A stretch of DNA of 64,000 nucleotides from positions 5,021 through 69,020 of the forward strand of contig CAZKLM010000002.1 of assembly GCA_964553755.1 (NCBI GenBank), written 5' to 3'. The notes below the pieces were generated by a model. That model did no database searches. It was given only the letters and a program-made list of their open reading frames with translations, and was not told the DNA's origin. The position numbers and the translations under genes are program-made. Source of the DNA: an uncultured Acholeplasmataceae bacterium (lineage in GTDB: Bacteria; Bacillota_I; Bacilli_A; Acholeplasmatales; Acholeplasmataceae). How positions within the stretch are numbered: the first letter of the stretch is position 1; the number at the start of each line of letters is the position of its first letter. Of the stretch, positions 30,260 to 39,755 are shown one piece after another.

Positions 30260-31821
30260 AAAAAATCCTTCTCATCCTTCTAATAGTCGGGTTATCTTTA
30301 TTAGGAAATTATCGCCAATTGGAAGCATCGCTATTAGTGGATGCAACAAGTGAAGTCACTGAATACATCGAAGGCGTAAGACACACAAAAATTGTTGGCG
30401 AAATTCGTTATTATAATCAGGATACTGAAGAAACCATCCGTACTAAACAAGTCATTAATTATTTAGGTGCACATGTTCAGTTGGCAGAAGAACTTCATGT
30501 TATTGTAGCGGATGCCTATTCCCCTTACGAATGGGGGATGGGAAACATGTATGCTCTTAAAGAAAACATTCACCAACGCTACGATCATTACCAAGTGATT
30601 GCCGGTGTCAATGGCGATTTTTATAATATGAACACGGGGCATCCGGTTGCGGGGTATATACGCAATTACGAAGTTCTTACCACGGGAGGCAATCGCCCTC
30701 TTGCAGGTTTTAAAGATAACGGTGAGGTTGTCTTCGGCATTCCCGAATGGGGAGGTTATGAACTTTTGGTGTTTGATGGGGATCAAGATTTGAAGCTCAG
30801 AATGGACATTGGTGCAATCAACAAAGAAGCACCAGCGGGACAGTGGTCTGTCTACTTTGATGATTACCCCCATGTGATTAGTCAAGCTACACCGAAAGTC
30901 GTTTTAGAGGCCATTGATCTCAAACGCGATGACTGGCAATCCCGGTATTTTGGAAAAGGGGTTCCTGTGCGTATCACACAGGATACGTTATCCGTAGAAA
31001 AAGGACAAATTATCTTGGTCAGTGATTGGGTATCCACTCCTCTTTTATTTGAAAATACAGATCATGTGGTCATCCAAAGAAAACCTCTCGGGGCTTTTGA
31101 AGATGTTAGGTTTGCGATTGGTGTTTGGGAAAAACTGGTTGAAAATGGTCGCCCATTAACCACATGGACAGAAGGGGCTATTCCCACGTCGCGTGCACCA
31201 CGGACAGCCATAGGTGTTACCGCAGGAGGATCCGTATTCTTTGTAACGGTTGATGGCCGACAGGCTCATCTTGGTATGGAAGGTGTGAATCATCGTGAAA
31301 TGGCAGCGATTATGTCACATTTTGGAGCAAGAACGGCGTATAACTTAGATGGTGGTGGTTCCACCACCGCATTGGTTAAAGATTTGGAGACCGATGCATA
31401 TCATGTGGTCAATCATCCTTCGGATGGGCAACTAAGAAACATCTCCAATGGCTTATTCATTGTAAAAGGCCACCATCAACGAAACCCAGATCAATTGCCG
31501 TTTCCAGATTTAAGACCAACTTTAGAGACGCCTAAACGCATTCATATCGACGATCAAGGGATGATCCGATTCTTGGAAGTTTCCAACAGCCAAGGGTATC
31601 AAATGGCTATTAACGGCGTGGTGACAACCCATCATGCTCCTGCATTCCCACTGCAACTGCCTCCAGGGGAATACGAAATAAGAATTAGAGCCATAGGCGA
31701 TAAATTGCTGTTTCGCTCATCGCATTATTCGGAACCTATTTGGGTTACGGTTCATCCAGATGAGATTGGACAGCTCTTTCGATTGTACAGAAATAGCCTC
31801 CGCAAGGAGACAGGAAATTAA
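30256..31821 (+). CDS. Secreted phosphodiester glycosidase (NAGPA/DUF2233 family) with C-terminal FN3-like domain
   Basis: Signal peptide; AGVNGDFY, RAPRTAIG, VTVDGR, AYNLDGGGST, VNHPSDG..RNISNG. Confidence 0.88.
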   Translation: MKKILLILLIVGLSLLGNYRQLEASLLVDATSEVTEYIEGVRHTKIVGEIRYYNQDTEETIRTKQVINYLGAHVQLAEELHVIVADAYSPYEWGMGNMYALKENIHQRYDHYQVIAGVNGDFYNMNTGHPVAGYIRNYEVLTTGGNRPLAGFKDNGEVVFGIPEWGGYELLVFDGDQDLKLRMDIGAINKEAPAGQWSVYFDDYPHVISQATPKVVLEAIDLKRDDWQSRYFGKGVPVRITQDTLSVEKGQIILVSDWVSTPLLFENTDHVVIQRKPLGAFEDVRFAIGVWEKLVENGRPLTTWTEGAIPTSRAPRTAIGVTAGGSVFFVTVDGRQAHLGMEGVNHREMAAIMSHFGARTAYNLDGGGSTTALVKDLETDAYHVVNHPSDGQLRNISNGLFIVKGHHQRNPDQLPFPDLRPTLETPKRIHIDDQGMIRFLEVSNSQGYQMAINGVVTTHHAPAFPLQLPPGEYEIRIRAIGDKLLFRSSHYSEPIWVTVHPDEIGQLFRLYRNSLRKETGN

Positions 31822-31840
31822 AAAAAAAAGGTAGGACACC

Positions 31841-32632
31841 ATGAACATTATTGTATGCATCAAGCAAGTCCCGGCATCTTCGGATGTCAATGTCGATCCG
31901 AAAACCGGCGTTTTAATCCGCGATGGGGATAACGTGAAAATGAATCCCTATGATCTTTATGCGTTAGAACGAGCATTCGATATAAAGAAAAACCAATCCA
32001 ATGCTGTCATTCATGCCGTCACCATGGGACCTCCAAGTGCCATCAGCGTTCTAAAAGAAGCGCTTTATATGGGAGCAGATAAAGCAACCTTGATTTCAGA
32101 TAAACGCTTGGCGGGTGCCGATGTGTATTCTACAGCTTACACACTTAGTCAGTTGATTCGTTATCTAGGAGACTATTCCATAATCCTTTGTGGCAAGCAA
32201 ACCACAGACGGGGATACAGCGCAAGTGGGTCCTGAAATCGCGGAGATGCTTGATATACCCCATGTGTGTTATGTCAAAGAAATCATCAAAATCGATGAAA
32301 AATCGATTATAGCAGTGGCTTCCTATGACCATTATGATGAAAAGGTATGGATTTCTCTTCCCTGTCTTTTAACCATTGACCATGGAAATCTTGTTCCTCG
32401 ATTGCCGTCTTTCCGAAGAAAACGCCTTAAAAAAGATGAGCCCATTGAACACGTATCACTTAAGAACTTAGAAGATCAAGATCCCATGCACTATGGATTA
32501 AATGGTTCTCCAACACAAGTCATTGAAATCTTTCCTCCCTCCAAAAACCGCGAGTCAACCCTCTTAGAGGGATCGGGTAAACAGCTAAGCGAAGCGCTGT
32601 TTGATGTTCTAAAACAGCACAAATTTTGGTGA
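31841..32632 (+). CDS. etfB: Electron transfer flavoprotein subunit beta
   Basis: IIVCIKQVP, MNPYD, TMGPP, GKQTTDGDTAQVGP, GLNGSPTQV. Confidence 0.95.
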   Translation: MNIIVCIKQVPASSDVNVDPKTGVLIRDGDNVKMNPYDLYALERAFDIKKNQSNAVIHAVTMGPPSAISVLKEALYMGADKATLISDKRLAGADVYSTAYTLSQLIRYLGDYSIILCGKQTTDGDTAQVGPEIAEMLDIPHVCYVKEIIKIDEKSIIAVASYDHYDEKVWISLPCLLTIDHGNLVPRLPSFRRKRLKKDEPIEHVSLKNLEDQDPMHYGLNGSPTQVIEIFPPSKNRESTLLEGSGKQLSEALFDVLKQHKFW

Positions 32633-32636
32633 TCCT

Positions 32637-33836
32637 ATGAGTTACATTAAAATCAATCAAGACAAAGTAAATCCCAAAATTGCGAAAGATTTGCTGCAAT
32701 TATGCCCCTTTAACGCGTTTGATTATCAAGATGCGTATCTTTCCATAAACGCCTCATGCAAACTGTGTAAACTGTGCATTAATCAAGGACCTGAAGGCGT
32801 TTGTGAATGGATAGAGTCCAAGCAAAAAACCATTGATAAATCGCTTTATAAAGGCATATGCGTTTATATAGAGCATCACAACAATGTGATCCATCCTGTT
32901 AGCTTTGAACTGATAGGAAAGGCCTTAGAACTCAAGCAAGTGACCCAAGAACCGGTCATGGCTATTGTCATTGGATGCGTTGAATCTAAATTGATTGACA
33001 CCTTGAGAACCTATGGATTAGATGCTATTTATATCTATCAGCACGAAGCCCTAAGGACCTTTGATGTGGAGCAGCATACCCGTGTCATGGAGATGTTTCA
33101 TCAAACATTTTTAAACAACATTTTCTTAATGGGAGGAACTGCCCTTGGACGAAGCTTTGCACCACGGGTTGCTGCGAGGTTACATACAGGGTTGACAGCG
33201 GACTGCACCAAACTTGAACTAACAAAAGAAGGCGATCTCATTCAGATTCGTCCAGCTTTTGGTGGCAATATCATGGCTAAAATTGCAACTCCTCATCATC
33301 GTCCACAAATGGCGACTATTCGGTATAAAATGTTCCAAACCGCGACTAAAACAAAAGCGTTGAGTCCAGTCATCTATCCTCACCTTTCTGACATTGAAAA
33401 GGAAAGTCGTGTTCAAATCCTTGACATCATTGAGCAACCTCCAGTCCATGATATCAGTGACGCCGAAATCATAATTGCCGTAGGCAGAGCCTTTAAAAAG
33501 CAAAAGGATTTGGAATTGATTGAACCCCTAAAGAACAAACTCAATGCAGAATTAGCCTGCACAAGACCATTGATTGAAAACGGTTGGTTTGATCCAAAAA
33601 GACAAATCGGTTTATCCGGAAGAACCGTAAAACCTAAATTGATTATTAATATTGGCATTAGTGGCGCAGTGCAATACATCGAAGGGATGAAGGATGCTGA
33701 ACTCATCATTTCCATCAATAAAGATCCCCATTGCCGATTATTCGATATCAGTCACTATGCGATTGTGGGAGATTTTTATGACATCATGCCAGATTTAAAT
33801 AAGCTTATTGATCAAATCAAGGAGGACATGCGATGA
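32637..33836 (+). CDS. etfA: Electron transfer flavoprotein subunit alpha with N-terminal Fe-S (ferredoxin-like) domain
   Basis: CPFNA...CKLCKLC N-terminus; TGLTADCT, RPAFGGNIMA, QIGLSGRTVKPK, GISGAVQ. Confidence 0.93.
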   Translation: MSYIKINQDKVNPKIAKDLLQLCPFNAFDYQDAYLSINASCKLCKLCINQGPEGVCEWIESKQKTIDKSLYKGICVYIEHHNNVIHPVSFELIGKALELKQVTQEPVMAIVIGCVESKLIDTLRTYGLDAIYIYQHEALRTFDVEQHTRVMEMFHQTFLNNIFLMGGTALGRSFAPRVAARLHTGLTADCTKLELTKEGDLIQIRPAFGGNIMAKIATPHHRPQMATIRYKMFQTATKTKALSPVIYPHLSDIEKESRVQILDIIEQPPVHDISDAEIIIAVGRAFKKQKDLELIEPLKNKLNAELACTRPLIENGWFDPKRQIGLSGRTVKPKLIINIGISGAVQYIEGMKDAELIISINKDPHCRLFDISHYAIVGDFYDIMPDLNKLIDQIKEDMR

Positions 33837-35233
33837 AATCGTATCAGTTTGACCCCAATCATTACCAAAAATTGCTCCAAATCGTGGGTCCAGATCACAT
33901 CGTTATCCATGATGATATCCCGATGGATTTGACACATGACGAGTTAAAAACCGTTTCTGCCAAACCGGATTATCATGTATCTGTCACGACAAAAGAACAG
34001 GTAGAAGCCATCATGGTGTTTGCCAATCAAAACCGTATTCCAGTCACCACAAGAGGCAGTGGCACAGGATTGGTTGGAGGTTGCGTTCCTATCCAAGGGG
34101 GCATCTTATTGGATTTATCCCAAATGAACCGGATACTTGAGTTGGATCCAATCAATTTGACGCTTCGTGTTGAACCAGGCGTCTTGCTGCTAGATATCTA
34201 TGAATACGTTGAAAAACAAGGTCTTTTTTATGCACCTGATCCAGGCGAAAAAACAGCGACCATAGCGGGCAACATTTCCACCAATGCCGGAGGCATGCGT
34301 GCGGTTAAATATGGGGTCACGCGTGATTGGGTCCGTGGGCTTGAAGTGGTGATTCCAACTGGGGAACGTCTTGTTTTAGGCGGGAAGGTGGTCAAAAATT
34401 CGACCGGTTTTGCACTAAAAGATTTAATAATTGGAAGCGAAGGCACACTTGGAGTCATCGTTGAAGCGACATTAAAACTGATGGCCAAACCTCAAAAAAC
34501 CATGAGTCTATTGGTGCCATTTGAAACCCACAAAAAAGCCATTGATGCTGCACCTTACCTTTTAACGCATCACGTAGTGCCATCTGCGATTGAGTTTTTC
34601 AATCAAGAGTCACTCACGTATGGGGAAGCATTTTTAGGAAAGAAAATCCCCAATCATCATCATGAAGCGTATCTCTTGCTCAGCTATGATGGAAACAGCG
34701 ACACCCATCTTATGGAAGATATTGAAAAAGCAAGCGCATTATGTTTAGATGAACTTGGTGCTTTAGATGTTTATTTGGTTGACACCGAAGAGCGGAAAAA
34801 ATCGGTTTGGACCGTGCGAGGTGCTTTTCTAGAAGCCATTAAATCGTCGACAACCGAGATGGACGAATGCGACGTGGTCTTGCCCAGATCAATGATTGCT
34901 TCCTATTTGGATTTTGTTCAAGCACTCAGTCAAGAAATCGGCATCCGAATCCCTTATTTTGGGCATATCGGTGATGGGAATTTACACCTTTATCTATGCA
35001 AAGATGCCCTTGATGATGAAACTTGGCAAGATAAAAAAACCATTGCTTTTGACCATATGTATCAAAAAGCAAATGCGTGTGGAGGTCTTGTTTCTGGAGA
35101 GCACGGCATTGGTTACGCGAAAAAAAGATACATGAAGGCGCAGCTTGGCGATAAGCAAATAGACATCATGCGTGCAATCAAGAAAGCGTTTGATCCAAAC
35201 GGGATTTTAAACCCTGAAAAGATTATCGATTAA
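33833..35233 (+). CDS. FAD-linked oxidase (GlcD/LctD-like), probable Etf-coupled (D-)lactate dehydrogenase
   Basis: RGSGTGLVGG, PDPGEKTATIAGN, GSEGTLG, FGHIGDGNLH, SGEHGIG; follows etfB-etfA as in Acetobacterium lctBCD. Confidence 0.8.
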   Translation: MKSYQFDPNHYQKLLQIVGPDHIVIHDDIPMDLTHDELKTVSAKPDYHVSVTTKEQVEAIMVFANQNRIPVTTRGSGTGLVGGCVPIQGGILLDLSQMNRILELDPINLTLRVEPGVLLLDIYEYVEKQGLFYAPDPGEKTATIAGNISTNAGGMRAVKYGVTRDWVRGLEVVIPTGERLVLGGKVVKNSTGFALKDLIIGSEGTLGVIVEATLKLMAKPQKTMSLLVPFETHKKAIDAAPYLLTHHVVPSAIEFFNQESLTYGEAFLGKKIPNHHHEAYLLLSYDGNSDTHLMEDIEKASALCLDELGALDVYLVDTEERKKSVWTVRGAFLEAIKSSTTEMDECDVVLPRSMIASYLDFVQALSQEIGIRIPYFGHIGDGNLHLYLCKDALDDETWQDKKTIAFDHMYQKANACGGLVSGEHGIGYAKKRYMKAQLGDKQIDIMRAIKKAFDPNGILNPEKIID

Positions 35234-35337
35234 TCGTTTTTTCATTCTTTCGATTGCTTTGCATGCAAAACCACATTTATTTGAAAAAAATGATATAATA
35301 TGAGTAACCCATATTCGACCATAAAGAGGTGACTCAT

Positions 35338-36183
35338 ATGAGTGTCATGTTGAACATGCTGAAGTACAAAGAAGAATTAAGTATGGCTGAGCGTGTTGTT
35401 TTGGATTATCTGATTGAAAACAAAGAATCCCTCAAAGATTTCAGTGTAGAAAAGATTGCTGAAGCGGCATACACATCCCCCGCTTCTGTGGTTCGAATGT
35501 GTAAAAAACTGGGTTATCGGGGGTTTAAAGATTTTAAGATTGACTTTATTTTAGCTAATGCGAAAGTAGAAATTCCTGAAAACAAAGAGTATGTCGATGT
35601 CATCTTAGCCAAAGATAAAAACTGCGGCCGTTCCGCAATTGAAAACAACATTAGAGTGCTTGAAGACACTTTAAAACTTTACAACCAAGAAACCCTTGAA
35701 AAAGCAGCAGAAGTCATCATGACGGCTCGAAAGATTCTCATTTTTGGAAAAGGATCATCCTATTTGGTCTGCAAAGATTTAGAAATGAAACTGAGACGGA
35801 TCAATAAGTTTTGTATCGCTCAAGGAGAATCCCATGAACAGCTCGTGGATGCTTCATTTTTGAATCAAAAAGACGTGATTATTTTCATCTCCAATTCTGG
35901 AAAAACCAAGGAAATCATCAGTGCTGCGTTAGTCGCTAAAGAAAATAAAGCCACGATTATCAGCATCACCAAACTTGGCAGTTCTATTTTGTCAGAACTT
36001 TCAGACATCGTACTCTACACGTCATCGATGGAAGGCGAATTTCGAAGTGCAGCCATGACCTCGCGAATTTCACAATTGGCGATTGTGGATGCATTGTTTG
36101 CATCCTGTGCCTATTTTGATATCGATCGCTCGGTTAGAACCTTAGAGATGACGTATCAAACCTTTAAAAAATACAAGCGATAA
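35338..36183 (+). CDS. RpiR/MurR family transcriptional regulator (HTH + SIS)
   Basis: SPASVVRMCKKLGYRGFKDFK, FGKGSS, ISNSGKT, SRISQL; extended -10 TGATATAAT at 35291-35299. Confidence 0.93.
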   Translation: MSVMLNMLKYKEELSMAERVVLDYLIENKESLKDFSVEKIAEAAYTSPASVVRMCKKLGYRGFKDFKIDFILANAKVEIPENKEYVDVILAKDKNCGRSAIENNIRVLEDTLKLYNQETLEKAAEVIMTARKILIFGKGSSYLVCKDLEMKLRRINKFCIAQGESHEQLVDASFLNQKDVIIFISNSGKTKEIISAALVAKENKATIISITKLGSSILSELSDIVLYTSSMEGEFRSAAMTSRISQLAIVDALFASCAYFDIDRSVRTLEMTYQTFKKYKR

Positions 36184-36209
36184 GGGATATGAGAATATCC
36201 TTTTTTTTT
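36182..36209 (+). terminator. Intrinsic terminator after rpiR
   Basis: AAGGGATAT-gaga-ATATCCTTT then T run. Confidence 0.75.
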
Positions 36210-36229
36210 GAAAAAATTGACCAAAAACT

Positions 36230-36266
36230 GACAAACGTTTGCATCTCATCATAGATGAATTATAAT
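36230..36266 (+). promoter_or_regulatory. anmK operon promoter with LacI/cre-like palindrome over the -35
   Basis: TTGCAT-N16-TATAAT; palindrome CAAACGTTTG at 36232-36241. Confidence 0.6.
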
Positions 36267-36284
36267 AAAAGTGTAGGTGACGAC

Positions 36285-37433
36285 ATGAAACGATTAGGCA
36301 TTGGAATCATGAGTGGAACCTCTTTGGATGGCATAGATGTTGCACTGGCCAGCATTGAAGGTTACCATGAAGGAACCCGCGTGACGCTCCATCACTTTAA
36401 CACATATCCTCTATCCGATTCACTCATTAATCGCATCAGACAGGCAATGGAACCAAAAACCAGTTCGGTGGATCTCCTTTGCAGTCTGAATTTTGAGTTG
36501 GGCTATGCCTTTGCTGAAGCTGTTCAAAAGCTCTGTCAAGAGGCTCGTTTGCCGCTTTCACACCTTGATTTTGTGGCCTCACACGGCCAAACGATGTATC
36601 ACATGCCCAATGAACCCCTTCCATGCCATCGCTCCACCCTTCAATTAGGGGAAGGTTCTGTCATCAAAGAAATGCTTCAAACAACCGTTATCAGCAATTT
36701 TAGAACAGCTGACATGGCCGTTGGTGGACAAGGAGCACCCCTGGTTCCATTTGCAGATTATGTTTTGTTTAAATCGGATACCAAGACCCGTGTGGTGCAC
36801 AACATTGGGGGCATATCCAACCTAACCTGGTTAAAAAAAGGTGGCCTACCTGAAGACGTGATGGCGTTTGATACCGGTCCAGGCAACATGATGATCAACG
36901 ATGCCATTTTTAGATTGTTGGGCTTGCCCTATGACGATCAAGGCATACACGCATCATTAGGGACACCGATTAAACCCATGCTTGAAGCGCTTCTTTCCCA
37001 TCCTTTTTTGTCTCAGACACCACCGAAATCAACGGGAAGAGAAACGTTTGGCAGTCCGTGGACGCATAAACTGCTGAAACAATATTCCGATTACGCAATC
37101 AATGATCTTTTAGCAACCTTCACGGCTTACACCGCAATTTCAATAGCGGATGCCTATGAACGCTACATTTTCCCCTTAGGACCTCTTGATGAAATCATCT
37201 TTTCAGGCGGAGGCATTCATAATACGTTTTTGATGAATTCCATTAAAGCACGATTGCATCCTATTCCCATCCGAACCATGGAAGATTATGGGATGAACAG
37301 CGACGCTAAAGAAGCCTTAGCCTTTCTCATTTTAGGCCATCACACCTTAGGACATGTTACCAATCATCTTCCTAGCACAACGGGAGCGTCTAGGCCCGTT
37401 ATCCTTGGACAAATCCACCCTGTGTTGAAATGA
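36285..37433 (+). CDS. anmK: Anhydro-N-acetylmuramic acid kinase
   Basis: GIMSGTSLDGID, SHGQT, GGQGAPLVP, NIGGISN, FDTGPGN, PPKSTGRE, GGG, KEALAF. Confidence 0.95.
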   Translation: MKRLGIGIMSGTSLDGIDVALASIEGYHEGTRVTLHHFNTYPLSDSLINRIRQAMEPKTSSVDLLCSLNFELGYAFAEAVQKLCQEARLPLSHLDFVASHGQTMYHMPNEPLPCHRSTLQLGEGSVIKEMLQTTVISNFRTADMAVGGQGAPLVPFADYVLFKSDTKTRVVHNIGGISNLTWLKKGGLPEDVMAFDTGPGNMMINDAIFRLLGLPYDDQGIHASLGTPIKPMLEALLSHPFLSQTPPKSTGRETFGSPWTHKLLKQYSDYAINDLLATFTAYTAISIADAYERYIFPLGPLDEIIFSGGGIHNTFLMNSIKARLHPIPIRTMEDYGMNSDAKEALAFLILGHHTLGHVTNHLPSTTGASRPVILGQIHPVLK

Positions 37434-37443
37434 GGATTAACCC

Positions 37444-38424
37444 ATGAAAACAGTTTTAGCATACGATTGTGGCGGTACAAAAACACATGTTGCTCTCTTT
37501 GATTTGGAAGGACGATGGCTTTTTGATGTTGTCCTTGAAGGATCTAATCATCAATCGTCGAACATGGATCACTACCAAAGTGTCATTCAGCGTGGATTAG
37601 AAGCAGTTTTAACGGAAACCCAGTATCCCCTTGAATCCATCGAAAGGGTATTTTTAGGGGTTTCAGGAGCGGATTTGCCAAGCGATTTTATGCTTCTTAA
37701 TGACGCAACCGCTTTGGTGTTTCAATCGATTCCATTCGAGATTGTTAACGATGCATGGATCATCTTTAGAAGCGGTGTTCAATACCCCTATGGGGCTGTT
37801 GCTATCTGCGGAACTGGCATGAACGCGGCTGCAATGGATCAACATCAAAATCAAGCCATTTTAAGATCATTAGGGTTCACGTTAGGAACTTATGGAGGAG
37901 GGCTTGACATCGCTAGGGAAGCCATGCATTACGCCTTTCGGGCGGATGAGTTGTCGTATCATGACACAATGCTCAGGCATGAAATTCCTCGACACTTCAA
38001 CGTAGCCTCGATGAATGAGGTTGTGGATCTCTTTTATCCGACCATGAAGGTGAACCGTCATCAGATGGGAGCAATCACTGGATTAGTTAATCATTTGGCC
38101 AATCAAAACGATAAGGTTTGTAAGGAAATTTTAAACCGTGTTGGCGCTGCCATAGGGATGCAAACGTTAGGCGTTATTCGACAACTTTCCATGCAAAACG
38201 AACGTTTTCCTTGTGTCTATGGTGGCCGTGTCTTTGATGGAGAATCCCCTCTTTTATTAAAAGCTTTTAAGCGTATTATACGAAAAGAATGCCCCCATGT
38301 CTTTTTTGTCAAACCTAAAATCCCACCCGTAGCGGGTGCGTATTTGTTTGCATTAGACCGAATGGGGATTAAACAAACCGATCACATGTTCCAACATCTT
38401 GTCCATGGGAGAAATGGCATATGA
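37444..38424 (+). CDS. BadF/BadG/BcrA/BcrD-family amino sugar kinase (GlcNAc/MurNAc kinase, MurK-like)
   Basis: YDCGGTKT, GVSGAD, IVNDA, ICGTG.N, LG..GGG, GG.VF, PVAGA. Confidence 0.82.
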   Translation: MKTVLAYDCGGTKTHVALFDLEGRWLFDVVLEGSNHQSSNMDHYQSVIQRGLEAVLTETQYPLESIERVFLGVSGADLPSDFMLLNDATALVFQSIPFEIVNDAWIIFRSGVQYPYGAVAICGTGMNAAAMDQHQNQAILRSLGFTLGTYGGGLDIAREAMHYAFRADELSYHDTMLRHEIPRHFNVASMNEVVDLFYPTMKVNRHQMGAITGLVNHLANQNDKVCKEILNRVGAAIGMQTLGVIRQLSMQNERFPCVYGGRVFDGESPLLLKAFKRIIRKECPHVFFVKPKIPPVAGAYLFALDRMGIKQTDHMFQHLVHGRNGI

Positions 38425-39755
38425 AAAAAAAGTTAAAGATTGTCACAATAGGGGGTGGATCTTCGTATACCCCTGAGTTGATTGAAGGGTTCATCAAACG
38501 ACACCATGAACTGCCCGTATCTGAAATCTGGTTGGTGGATATTGACCAAGGCTATGAAAAACTGATGATTGTTGGAAAATTGGCCCAACGCATGGTGAAA
38601 GAAGCCGGTTTAGACATCCAGATCCATTTGACATTAAACCGAAAAGAAGCGCTTTTTAACGCTGATTTTGTCACCACACAATTTCGGGTTGGTTTACTTG
38701 ATGCCCGAATTTTGGATGAAAAGATACCGTATGCGTTTGGCATGATTGGACAAGAAACCAATGGGGCTGGCGGTGTTTTTAAAGCGCTTAGAACAGTTCC
38801 CATCATATATGAGCTTATTGATGAAATGAAAGAGTTATGTCCCCATGCATGGTTACTCAACTTCACAAACCCAGCAGGGATTGTGAGCGAGGCGGTCTTT
38901 CGGTATGCCGATTTTGATCGGTATATTGGTGTTTGCAATGTGCCGATTAACATGACCCATCATTTCGCCAAATTGCTGAATCTCCAACCCAAAGACATCG
39001 TGCCTTACTTTGCAGGACTCAATCATCTTTCTTATGTTTTGCATGTTTTTTACCAAAAGAAAGATCTCATTAAAGAGATTTTCCAAAAGATGCGCCATGA
39101 GCAGTCCTCCATGAACAACATAGATCCTTTGGTATGGGATATGACCTTTGTTGAAGAACTCGGTGTGATTCCATCCCCTTATCACAAGTACTTTTACCGC
39201 TATGAGGAAATGTATCACAAGTATAAACAGCAGATTGAGTCAGGTGAAACCCGTGCAGAAACCGTCAAGAAGTTGGAAAGCAAACTATTTGAACAGTATA
39301 AAGACCCCCAACTAAAGGTGAAACCTAAAGAACTTGAATCGCGTGGAGGAGCGCTTTATAGCGATGTGGCATGCAGCATCATCAGTTCGATAGTCAACGA
39401 TAAAAGAGATTATCAAGTGGTCATTACACAAAACAATGGGCATATCACAGATTTACCCGATGGGTGTGCCATCGAAATCACCACGCGGATGACCAAACAC
39501 GGTCCTGTTGCGGTCCATATCGGTCAATTACCGGTTCAAATTCGAGGGTTAATCCAACAGATGAAAGCCTTTGAGGAACTCTTAGCGGATGCCATTTTCG
39601 AGAAAAGTCTGGCGAAAGCCAAGCTCGCCCTACAAATCCATCCTCTCACGCATTCGGTTCAACAAGCCGGGGAGTTGTTTGATCGATTGGTCGAAGCCCA
39701 TCGCCCCTATTTAAACTATTATTATGAGGAAAAAGATGAAACGTTACCGGTATAA
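38421..39755 (+). CDS. GH4 6-phospho-beta-glucosidase (ChbF/LicH/CelF-like)
   Basis: KIVTIGGGSSYTPELIEG, QFRVG, GQETNGAGG, NFTNPAG, GVCNVP, AGLNH, RGGA.YS. Confidence 0.92.
   Translation: MKKKLKIVTIGGGSSYTPELIEGFIKRHHELPVSEIWLVDIDQGYEKLMIVGKLAQRMVKEAGLDIQIHLTLNRKEALFNADFVTTQFRVGLLDARILDEKIPYAFGMIGQETNGAGGVFKALRTVPIIYELIDEMKELCPHAWLLNFTNPAGIVSEAVFRYADFDRYIGVCNVPINMTHHFAKLLNLQPKDIVPYFAGLNHLSYVLHVFYQKKDLIKEIFQKMRHEQSSMNNIDPLVWDMTFVEELGVIPSPYHKYFYRYEEMYHKYKQQIESGETRAETVKKLESKLFEQYKDPQLKVKPKELESRGGALYSDVACSIISSIVNDKRDYQVVITQNNGHITDLPDGCAIEITTRMTKHGPVAVHIGQLPVQIRGLIQQMKAFEELLADAIFEKSLAKAKLALQIHPLTHSVQQAGELFDRLVEAHRPYLNYYYEEKDETLPV

Noticed and set aside
32630..32639. TGA read-through (code 4 or selenocysteine) joining etfB and etfA
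   Set aside because: The genes are in different frames, and TGA ends several full-length genes in the window
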